Source of the DNA: an uncultured Methanosarcinales archaeon
GTDB lineage: Archaea > Nanobdellota > Nanobdellia > Woesearchaeales > UBA583
Reading direction: 5' to 3'
DNA length: 64,000 bases
NCBI GenBank assembly: GCA_964621065.1
Contig: CAZULG010000005.1
Location: forward strand, 108-64,107
In this document: positions 28,046-37,280 of the stretch, one piece after another
Numbering within the stretch: the first letter of the stretch is position 1
Layout of the letters: each line of letters begins with the position of its first letter
Notes under the pieces: generated by a model
Told to the model about the DNA's origin: nothing
Database searches by the model: none
What the model saw: only the letters and a program-made list of their open reading frames with translations
Program-made: the position numbers and the translations under genes

Positions 28046-28540
28046 ATGAATTCTTCAAATCAAGCTAGTGTGAAATCTCAAAATAGGAAAAATAGTAAAC
28101 TTCACTTTTCTCTACATAATTTCAAACAAGTAGGAATTTTTTCAATAATTCTCATTATAATTGATCAAATTGTAAAAATAGAATTTTGTCATACAAATTT
28201 TTTATTTTCAAATTGTATTCTCAATACAGGATCTGCATATGGGATGTTTTCACAAGTTGAATATTACACACAACTTGTTGCAGTATTGGGAATTATGATG
28301 TCAATTGGAATAATTTATTTCTACACATATATTATAGAAGAATTTGGAGTAATTGCAACATCATTGTTTTTAGCAGGAATTGTATCAAACACAATAGATA
28401 GAATATTGTTTATGGGTGTTCAAGATATGTTATCAATTATGGGTGTTGAGTTATTTGGAATTTTTAATGTTGCAGATGTTTATCTTGTAATTGCAAGTAC
28501 TATTGCAATATATTATGTTATTATATCATATGCAAAATAA
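28046..28540 (+). CDS. lspA: Lipoprotein signal peptidase (signal peptidase II, A8 family)-like
   Basis: NTGSAYGMF (N-x-G-A-A-F-like), SNTIDRILFMGVQDML (GN-x-x-DR...VvD) and FNVADVYLVIAS (FN-x-AD). Both catalytic Asp positions are present. I prefer the ATG at 28046, because the 27974 start overlaps the divergent upstream gene. Confidence 0.65.
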   Translation: MNSSNQASVKSQNRKNSKLHFSLHNFKQVGIFSIILIIIDQIVKIEFCHTNFLFSNCILNTGSAYGMFSQVEYYTQLVAVLGIMMSIGIIYFYTYIIEEFGVIATSLFLAGIVSNTIDRILFMGVQDMLSIMGVELFGIFNVADVYLVIASTIAIYYVIISYAK

Positions 28541-28582
28541 TATTTTCATAACTAAATAAGAATAACTAAATAATTTATATGA

Positions 28583-29212
28583 ATGGAGTCTAAAAAAAAT
28601 ATGTATATTATTCATGCAATTGAAGATGGGTTAAAAATTCTTGGCTTTAATAGGCAAGTAATTAAGAAAGTTTCAAAGGAAAAGAGTCTTGAAGACATAT
28701 TTTTAAGTACTCTTTTTGTGAATTACATGATTGTACTCGTATGCTTTCTTGTAATAGTAGCAGTTGGTGGACAACTGATGATTGAAGATAGAGCATTAAA
28801 CATGCCTGTTGTTATGGGATTATTGTTGATGTATCCATTTGCATATAACATTGTAGTATATGCACTCTACGCTTTTTTTGGATTAATGGCAGAGCTTGTT
28901 AATTCAAAAAACCATGTCAGACCTTTGCTCTCAGCAGGATTTCACTCAGCAATAGCATATGCACCAATTATTTACGTAATGACGCTCATTTTAACAGCTT
29001 CAGTTCAATTTGGAGCAATGTTATTTGCAGCATTTGCTCTATACTATCTTATTGATATGTTTCACATTATCTCAACAGTTTACAAATTTTCACTTCCACA
29101 AACGCTCATTGTGATTTTTGTGCCTATTATTATTATTGGAATTGGATTAATGCTATTTTTAACATTAATGCCAGCTGTAGGAGAAGCAATGATTTCAGGA
29201 TTATTTAAATAA
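28583..29212 (+). CDS. Multi-pass membrane protein (Yip1-like topology, tentative)
   Basis: 209 aa with a soluble N-terminus followed by about 5 TM helices. Confidence 0.5.
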   Translation: MESKKNMYIIHAIEDGLKILGFNRQVIKKVSKEKSLEDIFLSTLFVNYMIVLVCFLVIVAVGGQLMIEDRALNMPVVMGLLLMYPFAYNIVVYALYAFFGLMAELVNSKNHVRPLLSAGFHSAIAYAPIIYVMTLILTASVQFGAMLFAAFALYYLIDMFHIISTVYKFSLPQTLIVIFVPIIIIGIGLMLFLTLMPAVGEAMISGLFK

Positions 29213-29294
29213 TTAATTTTTTAATCACTATTTTTATTTTATTTTATTTTTAATATGAAAAATTTGAGAAGAAGGATAATCAAAATTGTATCAA

Positions 29295-29942
29295 TTATTT
29301 TTCTAGAATAATTTTTCGAATGATCTCTCGAGAAACCTCATTGATTTCATTGTCTCCATTGATTTTTATAACTTCTCCTTTATAAACTTGTAAAATTACT
29401 TTTTCAACATGTTTGAAAATTTCAAGACGCTCTTTGAATACTTGAGGAGTATCATCATCTCGTTGAATTAATTTTTCTCCATCATCATCACAAACTCCTG
29501 TTGTTTGTGGAATTAAACTTGGAATTTGAGTATTATACAATCGATGACATTTTGGGCAATAATAACGAGAAGTTACACGTTTGAGCAATAGTTTCTCATC
29601 AACATTGAGAAAAATTAATTTAATATTATATTCGTGATTTTTTAAAAATCCATATAGCCAATATGCTTGATCAAGTGTTCGAGGAACTCCATCAAGTATA
29701 ATATCATTCTCTGATTTGAAATGGTTTCTAAAAATTTCAAATACATGAGAATCATTGAGTAAAATTCCTCTCTCAAATACTTGTTTATGGAGCTCAGTTC
29801 CTCGTTTGAGTTCTTTTTTTATTAAATCACTCATAACATATCGCTTAAACCCTATTCTCTCTTCTAAAATTTCTCCTTGAGTTCCTTTTCCTGAACCTGG
29901 TGCTCCAAGCATAATAATTGCTATTTTTGATTTAGAATTCAT
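29295..29942 (-). CDS. adk: Adenylate kinase (long, zinc-lid type)
   Basis: IIMLGAPGSGKGTQ P-loop, DGVPRT, and a lid with CPKCHRLYN...GVCDDDGEKLIQRDDD. Confidence 0.9.
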   Translation of the reverse strand: MNSKSKIAIIMLGAPGSGKGTQGEILEERIGFKRYVMSDLIKKELKRGTELHKQVFERGILLNDSHVFEIFRNHFKSENDIILDGVPRTLDQAYWLYGFLKNHEYNIKLIFLNVDEKLLLKRVTSRYYCPKCHRLYNTQIPSLIPQTTGVCDDDGEKLIQRDDDTPQVFKERLEIFKHVEKVILQVYKGEVIKINGDNEINEVSREIIRKIILEK

Positions 29943-30121
29943 ATATCTAATTTTAACAAGCTTATGTATTTAAGTGTTATTTATACACTTATGAAGTGAT
30001 AGTAATATACGCATACATTGTAATTACAGACCACACCAGAAATGTAGAGATACTAATAATTAAATACATTTGGAGTTTATTCATAACTCATTAAATAATT
30101 CAATACTTAAAAATATTACTT

Positions 30122-31180
30122 TTATTTATTTACTAAAAATGGTTCTTCATCTACGCGAATATAGGGTTGAGGAGTACACTTTGAAATATTAAATGTTGAG
30201 ATGTTTTCTCGTAAAAAACCAAGCCATGCAATCATTGCACCATTATCCATACACAAATCCAAAGGAGTTGTTGTATATTGAACACCTATACTCTTACACA
30301 TATCATCAGTCATTTCACAAAATCTTTTACTTGATGCAACTCCTCCAACTAATACTAACTCTTTTTTTTCTGTATAACATAATGCTCGTTTGGCTACTTC
30401 TTGAATCATTGCAAATGTAACTTCAATGAGAGAAAATGATAAATCATAAATGAGTTGCTCTTTTGATGTATATTGAATTTGTTTATCTTTACTACAATTC
30501 ACGAGCCCATCTCTTTGTTCAAACTCTCTTATTTTTTGCTTCACAAAATTCACAATTCCTGAAAATGCAACATTCATTCCTTTAATGGTGTATGGGAGTT
30601 GAAATAATACTTGACCATGTTGCGCGTAGTTATCAATAATTGGGCCTCCTGGAAATCCAAGTCCCATCACTCTTGCACACGCATCAAGACAATTTCCAAG
30701 TCCAACATCTTCAGTTTCACCATACACAACATATTCATCATTTGAGTTTTTACCAGCAACTTGAGAATTCACTCCCGTAATGTTGACAAATAGAGGATTT
30801 TCAAATCCACTTACCATTTTACCAATTTCATAGTGTGATTGAATATGGTTGACACCAACAATAGGAATATTAAGTAGTTTTGAGAGTGTTTTTGCAACAA
30901 GTGCTCCAATCTTTAATGAGTTTCCAATGCCTGGACCTTGAGAAAAAGATATCAAAGAAATATCTTGAAGAGAATAATTCAAATTTTCAAGTTTTTCAAT
31001 TGCATCATTAAGTGTCGCATTAAAATTGCTCACATGATATTGAGTTAATTCTCGAGGATCCATACCTGAATCTTGTGATGTATACACATTTTTTACATTA
31101 ATAAGCACTTTTTTTTGCTCTGAGTCTATCACTCCTATTCCAAATGTATGCGCTGTATTTTCAATTCCAAGTACTAACAT
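30122..31180 (-). CDS. kae1: tRNA N6-threonylcarbamoyladenosine synthase Kae1/TsaD
   Basis: MLVLGIENTAHTFGIGVI, GPGIGNSLKIGA, VGVNHIQSH and GGVASS are Kae1/OSGEP-family motifs. There is no fused Bud32 domain. Confidence 0.85.
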   Translation of the reverse strand: MLVLGIENTAHTFGIGVIDSEQKKVLINVKNVYTSQDSGMDPRELTQYHVSNFNATLNDAIEKLENLNYSLQDISLISFSQGPGIGNSLKIGALVAKTLSKLLNIPIVGVNHIQSHYEIGKMVSGFENPLFVNITGVNSQVAGKNSNDEYVVYGETEDVGLGNCLDACARVMGLGFPGGPIIDNYAQHGQVLFQLPYTIKGMNVAFSGIVNFVKQKIREFEQRDGLVNCSKDKQIQYTSKEQLIYDLSFSLIEVTFAMIQEVAKRALCYTEKKELVLVGGVASSKRFCEMTDDMCKSIGVQYTTTPLDLCMDNGAMIAWLGFLRENISTFNISKCTPQPYIRVDEEPFLVNK

Positions 31181-31307
31181 AATTAAAGAAATGGAGTAGA
31201 ATTTATCAATATTTGTTTTAAATAAAATAATTTGTTATCTCTATTTTTAAGAATAAACATAAGTAAAACTAAAATATATTAATTTTAAACAATAAATTAA
31301 TTATATT

Positions 31308-32243
31308 TTACCTACTTATTTTTTGAAGTGCTAAAATATCTTCTGTTGTCATAGTTGCTCCTTTCTTCATTAACTTATCTTCAAATTCTTTTTGGGATTT
31401 GTTATGTTGAGTTCGTGAAGCAGCAGCATTGTGTCGTTTTTTCTTCTTTGGAGCTTCTTCTCCTAGTTCTTGAAGTAATCGTTCTTCTTCTTTGAATAGC
31501 TCACGAAGTTGCTTACTTACTTCAATATAGGATTTCTTTTGCTCTTTAAATTTATCAAATGCCTCTTTTTTCTTCTCACGAAGTTCGTCAATTTCTTTAT
31601 ATTTTTGCTTCTTATCCTTACTAATGAGTCGAATTTGTTTATATAAAGAGCGAATTTTTTTCTCAATTGTATTAAACTTCTTTCGTGCATCATAATAATT
31701 CTTCTTAACTGCTTTTACTTCTTCATCTTCAACTGGCTTTGTTGGTTTAGACGTTGTTGGTTTTGAATTAATTATTTCTCTTAATTCTGCAATTTCTCTA
31801 GAAATTTCTGATTCTTTATCAAGACTTAACACTTGTGTTTGAACTTTATGTTCTAACTCTTTGAGTTGTTTTTTTGCTCTATCAGGAGACAATTTTCGCT
31901 GTTTAGATTCATCATATTGAGATGATTCCTCAGTTTTTGGCTTAGAAGACTTTTTTAATTGTTCAATTAACGTCTCAAATTGAGATTTTAATTCTTCGTA
32001 TTGTTTTTTACTCTCTTCGTATTCAGCTTTATGAGACTCAAGTTCTTCATTCACTGCTTTCAAATTATTCTCTTCTTCTATTGTTTTAACTTCATTGTAG
32101 AGAGAATTAATTTGTTCACTAAATTCTTCACCTGCTGTGAAAAATTCTTCCTTTACCTTTTTCTTATCAAAGAAGTCTTTTTTCAACTCTTTAATTTTTT
32201 CTTGAACGTTCTTCAATTCATCTTGAATTGCCTTTTTTTCCAT
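31308..32243 (-). CDS. K/E-rich coiled-coil protein, function unknown
   Basis: 311 aa, strongly charged and heptad-like throughout. Confidence 0.5.
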   Translation of the reverse strand: MEKKAIQDELKNVQEKIKELKKDFFDKKKVKEEFFTAGEEFSEQINSLYNEVKTIEEENNLKAVNEELESHKAEYEESKKQYEELKSQFETLIEQLKKSSKPKTEESSQYDESKQRKLSPDRAKKQLKELEHKVQTQVLSLDKESEISREIAELREIINSKPTTSKPTKPVEDEEVKAVKKNYYDARKKFNTIEKKIRSLYKQIRLISKDKKQKYKEIDELREKKKEAFDKFKEQKKSYIEVSKQLRELFKEEERLLQELGEEAPKKKKRHNAAASRTQHNKSQKEFEDKLMKKGATMTTEDILALQKISR

Positions 32244-32366
32244 TTTTGATTATAATTTTAATAACTGGTATTTAGATACTACAATGCTTTTATTAAAAGA
32301 AAGCTAACTTATTAACACTGTGTTATGTTTTTAAATTTTAATACTAACTTGATAGATTTAATTTAA

Positions 32367-32669
32367 TTAAAATAAATCCCCAAGTCCTGCTGCAGCGTCA
32401 GCTGCTGGTGCTTCTTCTTTTTTCTCTTCAGCTTTCGCTTCGGGTGCTTCACTTGCTACCGCTGCTCCTGCTGCTGCAACTGGTGCTGCTGCAACTGCTG
32501 AATTTGCAATTACATCTTCAATATCTACTCCATCTAATGCAGCCACTAATGATTTAGCTTTTGCACTATCTCCTTCAACACCTGCTGCTTTTAATACAGC
32601 CATAATGTTTTCTTCTGTAATTTCTTTTCCTGCTTTGTTTAATAGCATTACTGTATATATGTATTCCAT
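32367..32669 (-). CDS. rpl12: 50S ribosomal stalk protein P1 (L12e)
   Basis: MEYIYTVMLLNKAGKEITEENIMAVLKAAGVE..., an A-rich hinge, and the C-terminal GLGDLF. Confidence 0.9.
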   Translation of the reverse strand: MEYIYTVMLLNKAGKEITEENIMAVLKAAGVEGDSAKAKSLVAALDGVDIEDVIANSAVAAAPVAAAGAAVASEAPEAKAEEKKEEAPAADAAAGLGDLF

Positions 32670-32708
32670 TTTAATTTATTAATAATTGTATGTATTATAT
32701 AAAGATAT

Positions 32709-33719
32709 CTAAAATAAATCTGCAAGTCCTGCAGATGAATCTGTATCTTTTTTCTCTTCTTCTGTTGAACTCTCTTGAGTTTGAGAAGAACCTTCATTTG
32801 CTCCTTGTTGAGCAACTGGTGCTTGAGGTACTACAAGTCCAGCAGGTTGTAATTCACTTGGAAGTGTTGTTGAAACGCCAACCATTTGTGAATTTGCTTT
32901 TGAGAGTAATTGTTTAATTGTCTCAGCAGCTGGATATTCAATTCCAATACCCAAACCTAGTGAACTTTGTGCTCCTTTTGTTACAAAGTGCAATATATTT
33001 TCAGGCGTATAATATTCAAGACCAATTGATAAAGCGTGTGCACGAGCAGCTTGAGCTTTCAAGTCTTCAAGGATTGCTTCTTCATCTACGTCTAAAATAG
33101 ATCTATTATAAATTGTTCCTTCTTCATATATTGCTTTAATATTTAAACCAACTTCCATTGGCTCAATTTGAAGTCGAGTTAAAATTTCTGCAAGTTTTGC
33201 TGAGATTTCATCTCCTTCTTTTGCAACAACTGCATCCTCTTTAATTTCAACTTTTCCTGCATTAATTCCTGCTTTAATTTTGAATGAACCTAATTCTCCA
33301 ATAATTGGACCTGGTGCAAATCCTGTAGGACCTGCTGGTACAATAATGTCTTTTGGTGAGATAGAACCTGCTTTTGCAGGAGCTTTAGATTTATTCTTTT
33401 GAATTGTTTTATACAGTGTGAATGGATTTGTATTTGTAAAAATTAAACCTACTACACCTGTTGAGTATGAATTCAAATCTTTAATATGAGGGAATTTAGA
33501 TTCTAACTCTTTTGTTGCCAACTCAATTAAATTCTTTTTCACAATTAATACTTCTGCATATTTTTTAATAGATGCACGAATTCGCTGAAATTGTAATGCT
33601 GGAAGTCCTTCTACATCAATAATTCCAATAATAGAATATTGTTGCGAGTAATCTCTAATTCGCTGAGCGAAGTCTTGATTTCTTGCATTAATTTTTGGCG
33701 TATAATTTTCAACTTCCAT
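32709..33719 (-). CDS. rplP0: 50S ribosomal stalk protein P0 (L10)
   Basis: 336 aa. An L10 domain, then the C-terminal acidic tail ending SAGLADLF, which is shared with P1. Confidence 0.9.
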   Translation of the reverse strand: MEVENYTPKINARNQDFAQRIRDYSQQYSIIGIIDVEGLPALQFQRIRASIKKYAEVLIVKKNLIELATKELESKFPHIKDLNSYSTGVVGLIFTNTNPFTLYKTIQKNKSKAPAKAGSISPKDIIVPAGPTGFAPGPIIGELGSFKIKAGINAGKVEIKEDAVVAKEGDEISAKLAEILTRLQIEPMEVGLNIKAIYEEGTIYNRSILDVDEEAILEDLKAQAARAHALSIGLEYYTPENILHFVTKGAQSSLGLGIGIEYPAAETIKQLLSKANSQMVGVSTTLPSELQPAGLVVPQAPVAQQGANEGSSQTQESSTEEEKKDTDSSAGLADLF

Positions 33720-33721
33720 TT

Positions 33722-34372
33722 TTATAACCTCACCACCTTACTCATTGTAAATTTAATAGCAACATTTTTAATATTATTCTCGTGATTCACAAGATGTTGA
33801 GTTAATGATGTGTATACTTGAGATATTTTTTCTGCAAGTACTTCATCACTCTCACTCTCGCTACCTAGAGATGATTGAAGAACCAAATTTTTACGTGTTT
33901 GCAAATGAACACTCTTTTGAAGTTTATCATAAAGAGGTTGCAGAGGAGTTTTATCAGAAATTACCATCCCCATTTTTGGTGATGGCATTTTGTTCATAGG
34001 ACCTAGATATTTACCAAATACTTGCGCAAATTGTGGCATATATGCTGCTTGCACAACAAATTTATCGTATCCATGAGTAATTTTTCTAATTTGTGATAAA
34101 TCTCCTTTCATTGCCATCATATCATCATTAAACAAAACATTATCAAATACTTCTTCTGCTTGAGATAGTGATCTATCTACTATTGCACAAATTTTGAGTG
34201 GTTTTGGTTTAATAGGTGTTGATAGAGGAACAACAAGATCTACTTTGTGTTCTGGTTTCTTCAAATCAATTTGTTGTAAATTTACAATTATATCAAGAGA
34301 TTGATCAAAATTTCTTTTTGGAGTCAATTCTCTTAATTCTTTGATTTTTGAAACAATTGTTTGACTATTCAT
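33722..34372 (-). CDS. rpl1: 50S ribosomal protein L1
   Basis: 216 aa with NFDQSLDIIVNLQQIDLKKPEHKV... and FDKFVVQAAYMPQ...LGP. Conserved L1-P0-P1 gene order. Confidence 0.85.
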   Translation of the reverse strand: MNSQTIVSKIKELRELTPKRNFDQSLDIIVNLQQIDLKKPEHKVDLVVPLSTPIKPKPLKICAIVDRSLSQAEEVFDNVLFNDDMMAMKGDLSQIRKITHGYDKFVVQAAYMPQFAQVFGKYLGPMNKMPSPKMGMVISDKTPLQPLYDKLQKSVHLQTRKNLVLQSSLGSESESDEVLAEKISQVYTSLTQHLVNHENNIKNVAIKFTMSKVVRL

Positions 34373-34421
34373 TTTTAGTACTTCTTCTATATTTAATCAA
34401 AGAAATGATTAAATATAGTAT

Positions 34422-34470
34422 AACGCGAAGATTTGCGTTATTAATAGTAATCTTACGCGTTTTATAAATA
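34422..34470. promoter_or_regulatory. Imperfect 12-bp inverted repeat abutting a palindromic TATA-like element in the divergent L1-operon promoter region
   Basis: aacgcgaagatt (34422-34433) pairs with aatcttacgcgtt (34449-34461), with one extra base in the second arm. tttataaata follows at 34461-34470. This is CG-containing sequence in an otherwise AT-rich spacer. Confidence 0.35.
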
Positions 34471-34513
34471 TTGTGAAATGTAGTGACAATTTTTTAAAAA
34501 CTAATTATATATT

Positions 34514-35029
34514 ATGATTAATATGTTACAAAGAATTCAGGCACAGTTTTCAAATCAAGCATTTTTTGCAATATTAATGCTTGTTGCATTTATGGGTATT
34601 TTAATATTTGGATATAATTCAATTACAGGAATTCAACAAGAGCTTGATGAGGAAGAGTTAAATGATTTGCGTCAAAGCATTCTCTCTCAAACAGGAATTT
34701 GTGCACAGTCCTCTCAACGAGGACGATTGGAATCATTAAACATTGCACCAAACTCAATCACACACGTGTGCTACATCTCTAATACTTCTGAATTTTCTCC
34801 TCAATTTACTCAAATAGCGCAAGATCGAGGACTCACACAAAACCATACAGTTTTACTGCTCAATGGACCAAGAGATGTTGATTTTACAAGTATTAGTGGT
34901 ATAAGTGAGCTTGATGAGTTTATTGTTTATGATATTATTCCTCTGCGTGATAATGTTGAATTAGCGTCCCCTCAAAATGGTTGTCAAATTCGAGAAGAGA
35001 GTGATTTTAATTTCCAATTTCAGTGTTAA
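34514..35029 (+). CDS. Hypothetical N-terminally anchored protein
   Basis: 171 aa with one N-terminal hydrophobic segment (AFFAILMLVAFMGILIFGY). Confidence 0.5.
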   Translation: MINMLQRIQAQFSNQAFFAILMLVAFMGILIFGYNSITGIQQELDEEELNDLRQSILSQTGICAQSSQRGRLESLNIAPNSITHVCYISNTSEFSPQFTQIAQDRGLTQNHTVLLLNGPRDVDFTSISGISELDEFIVYDIIPLRDNVELASPQNGCQIREESDFNFQFQC

Positions 35030-35112
35030 ATATCAATGTTAATTATTTCTTTTAAAATTCATATAATCTATAATAACACTACATTTAAATATACTAAACT
35101 ATTATAATTAAT

Positions 35113-35667
35113 ATGTCAATTGAAGCAGATACTACAAATCCTATAATTCAAAAAATCATTTCTCAGCTAGAAGAAGTGTATGACCCTGAAATTCCTATTA
35201 ACATTTATGATTTAGGACTTATTTACAAAATAGAACTTCAAGATTCAAAATCGTGTCATATTACAATGACGCTCACATCTCCAACGTGTCCAACTGCTGA
35301 GTATATTCAAGCAATGGTCGAAGAAGCGGCAATGAGTGTTGATGAAATTGAAGAGTGTGATGTTGAGTTGACATTTGAGCCGCGATGGACTCCTGATTTG
35401 GTGTCAATGGAAGTTCGTGAAGAGATGGGATTTGTTGTACAAGATGAGAACTCTCAAGCTCCTGAGCATGTGAGACAAAGTATCTCCCAACATGAGGATT
35501 TACAACTCCAAGAAACATTTAAAGGCGCACAATCTACTTCAAGAGGAGAAGGAGTGAGAGTGTGTTTTAATTGTACAATTACTGAGGAAAAACGGCCTCT
35601 TCTTCAAGGAGTGTTTAAAGGAAAAGATGTTTTTATTTGTACACAATGTATTGTAAAATACCAATAA
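35113..35667 (+). CDS. DUF59/MIP18 (SufT-like) Fe-S assembly domain fused to a C-terminal C4 ClpX-type zinc finger
   Basis: N-terminus: VYDPEIPINIYDLGLIYKIEL...ITMTLTSPTCPTAEYI (DUF59 signature). C-terminus: CFNCTITEEKRPLLQGVFKGKDVFICTQCI (Cx2C...Cx2C, like the ClpX N-terminal zinc finger). Confidence 0.7.
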   Translation: MSIEADTTNPIIQKIISQLEEVYDPEIPINIYDLGLIYKIELQDSKSCHITMTLTSPTCPTAEYIQAMVEEAAMSVDEIEECDVELTFEPRWTPDLVSMEVREEMGFVVQDENSQAPEHVRQSISQHEDLQLQETFKGAQSTSRGEGVRVCFNCTITEEKRPLLQGVFKGKDVFICTQCIVKYQ

Positions 35668-35708
35668 ATATTTATTGTTGAAAAATAATCTCAAAATAAA
35701 TTTAAACG

Positions 35709-36773
35709 CTACTCTTCCATGAGTTGTGGTTGTTCATAAAATTCTTTAATATATCGCAGTAGAATCATTGTAATTGAGATAATAATTGGACCCAAAATTA
35801 ATCCAATAAGACCAAATGCAAATATTCCTCCCACAAATCCAACAAATACAAGAGGTGGAGGAGTTGTCTCTTTGTGACTCATTAAGATAGGACGCAGGAA
35901 ATTATCAATTAATGAGATGATTGTAATTCCATAAATAAACAACAACGTTCCAGCTTCTGGAAGGTCTATTACAAAATAATATATGCTCACAGGCACCCAA
36001 ACTATTGGAGTTCCCAGATAAGGAACTAAACTCACAATAAGTGTTAAAAAAATGATAATGAGTAAATTTGGAAATCCATATATTAAATCTAACACTAAAT
36101 ATCCTAATGCAGCAACTCCTGTTTGAATAAGACCTGTTAGAAAATAGCCTCGAAATAATACATTAATATTTTTTGAAATATTTGCAAAAATTTCGTTTTG
36201 TTTTCTCAATGTGAGAGGAATATACTCATTAATTGCTTTAAAAATTTGCTCAGAATATACGAGAAGATAATACGTTACAAAGATAATAATAAAAAAGTTG
36301 ATGAGAATAATAGGGATTGATTGAACAAACACTTGGATTTGAGAATTAATAACTTGAATAAGACCAATGACTGTTGAAGATAGATCAAATGATGAAAAAA
36401 CTTGTGAATTTGTAATTTGAGCAAGCAAAGATGAAATCATATCGTTTAACATCTCAGGATTTTCAATATATTCTCTATATTCTAACACTAATATCCCCAT
36501 TCGAATAATGATGAAATAAAATAAAAACATGAGTGGAAGGAAAAAACCAAGTGATGCGCTTGTGAGAGCGAGTATTGCACTAAAACTTTTTGAGGGGAAT
36601 CGTCTTAAAAATCCTAAGTAGAGAGGATATAAAAAATAAGCTAAAAGAATAGTTAAAATGAGAACGAATAAAATATCGGCAATCACTAAAAATGTTAAAA
36701 ACATAAATAAAAATCCTAGACTGAGTATAAAATTTCTCTCTGCTGTTTTTGAAAATCGCTGATTAATTACCAT
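35709..36773 (-). CDS. AI-2E family transporter (PerM/UPF0118)
   Basis: 354 aa, about 8 TM helices, a VPYLGTPIVWVP-like segment and IDNFLRPILMS near the C-terminus. Confidence 0.7.
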   Translation of the reverse strand: MVINQRFSKTAERNFILSLGFLFMFLTFLVIADILFVLILTILLAYFLYPLYLGFLRRFPSKSFSAILALTSASLGFFLPLMFLFYFIIIRMGILVLEYREYIENPEMLNDMISSLLAQITNSQVFSSFDLSSTVIGLIQVINSQIQVFVQSIPIILINFFIIIFVTYYLLVYSEQIFKAINEYIPLTLRKQNEIFANISKNINVLFRGYFLTGLIQTGVAALGYLVLDLIYGFPNLLIIIFLTLIVSLVPYLGTPIVWVPVSIYYFVIDLPEAGTLLFIYGITIISLIDNFLRPILMSHKETTPPPLVFVGFVGGIFAFGLIGLILGPIIISITMILLRYIKEFYEQPQLMEE

Positions 36774-36800
36774 CTTTAAATTCTTCTTTAGTTTTTTAAT

Positions 36801-37172
36801 TTACTTATTTATTTGATTGTATGTTTTGTTAAACTCGCTTTGAATTGATTGTTTGAATGTTTTCTCAGAAGATGTCAACTCTTGATCTTCTTCTTTTGGT
36901 AAATTGAGTGTGTCAATTGCTAAAATTGCAATTTTTTTTGCTCTAAGTTTTAATAATTTTTCATAGATTTTAACAGAACTCTCATACGTGTTTTTATCTT
37001 TTTGACTGCTCGATGAAGTTATTTGTTGTTTTTTTGAGGAGAGAAACTCTTCAACACCTTTGTAAAAGTGAGTGGGGAGTGAGTGTAGAGACGCTGATTT
37101 CTCTTCTTCTCGTAAGACATTATACAAAGAATTAAATGTAATTATTGGTAGTTCTTCGTTTGTGTCACCCAT
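36801..37172 (-). CDS. Hypothetical protein (weak GINS-like N-terminal pattern)
   Basis: 123 aa. ITFNSLYNVLREEEKSASLHSLPTHFYKGVEEFL is a weak match only. Confidence 0.4.
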   Translation of the reverse strand: MGDTNEELPIITFNSLYNVLREEEKSASLHSLPTHFYKGVEEFLSSKKQQITSSSSQKDKNTYESSVKIYEKLLKLRAKKIAILAIDTLNLPKEEDQELTSSEKTFKQSIQSEFNKTYNQINK

Positions 37173-37280
37173 AATTAATTCAATATCTAAATGTATTTAA
37201 ACTTTTGTGTGATTATAATTAAGTTTATCTCAAAATTATAAACACAAACTCTATAAATTATTAAGTATTAAGTTGTATAT

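Noticed and set aside
29968-30084. 38-codon hydrophobic minus-strand ORF (MNKLQMYLIISISTFLVWSVITMYAYITLSLHKCINNT) between adk and kae1.
   Set aside because: Too short and compositionally trivial to support without conservation or expression data.
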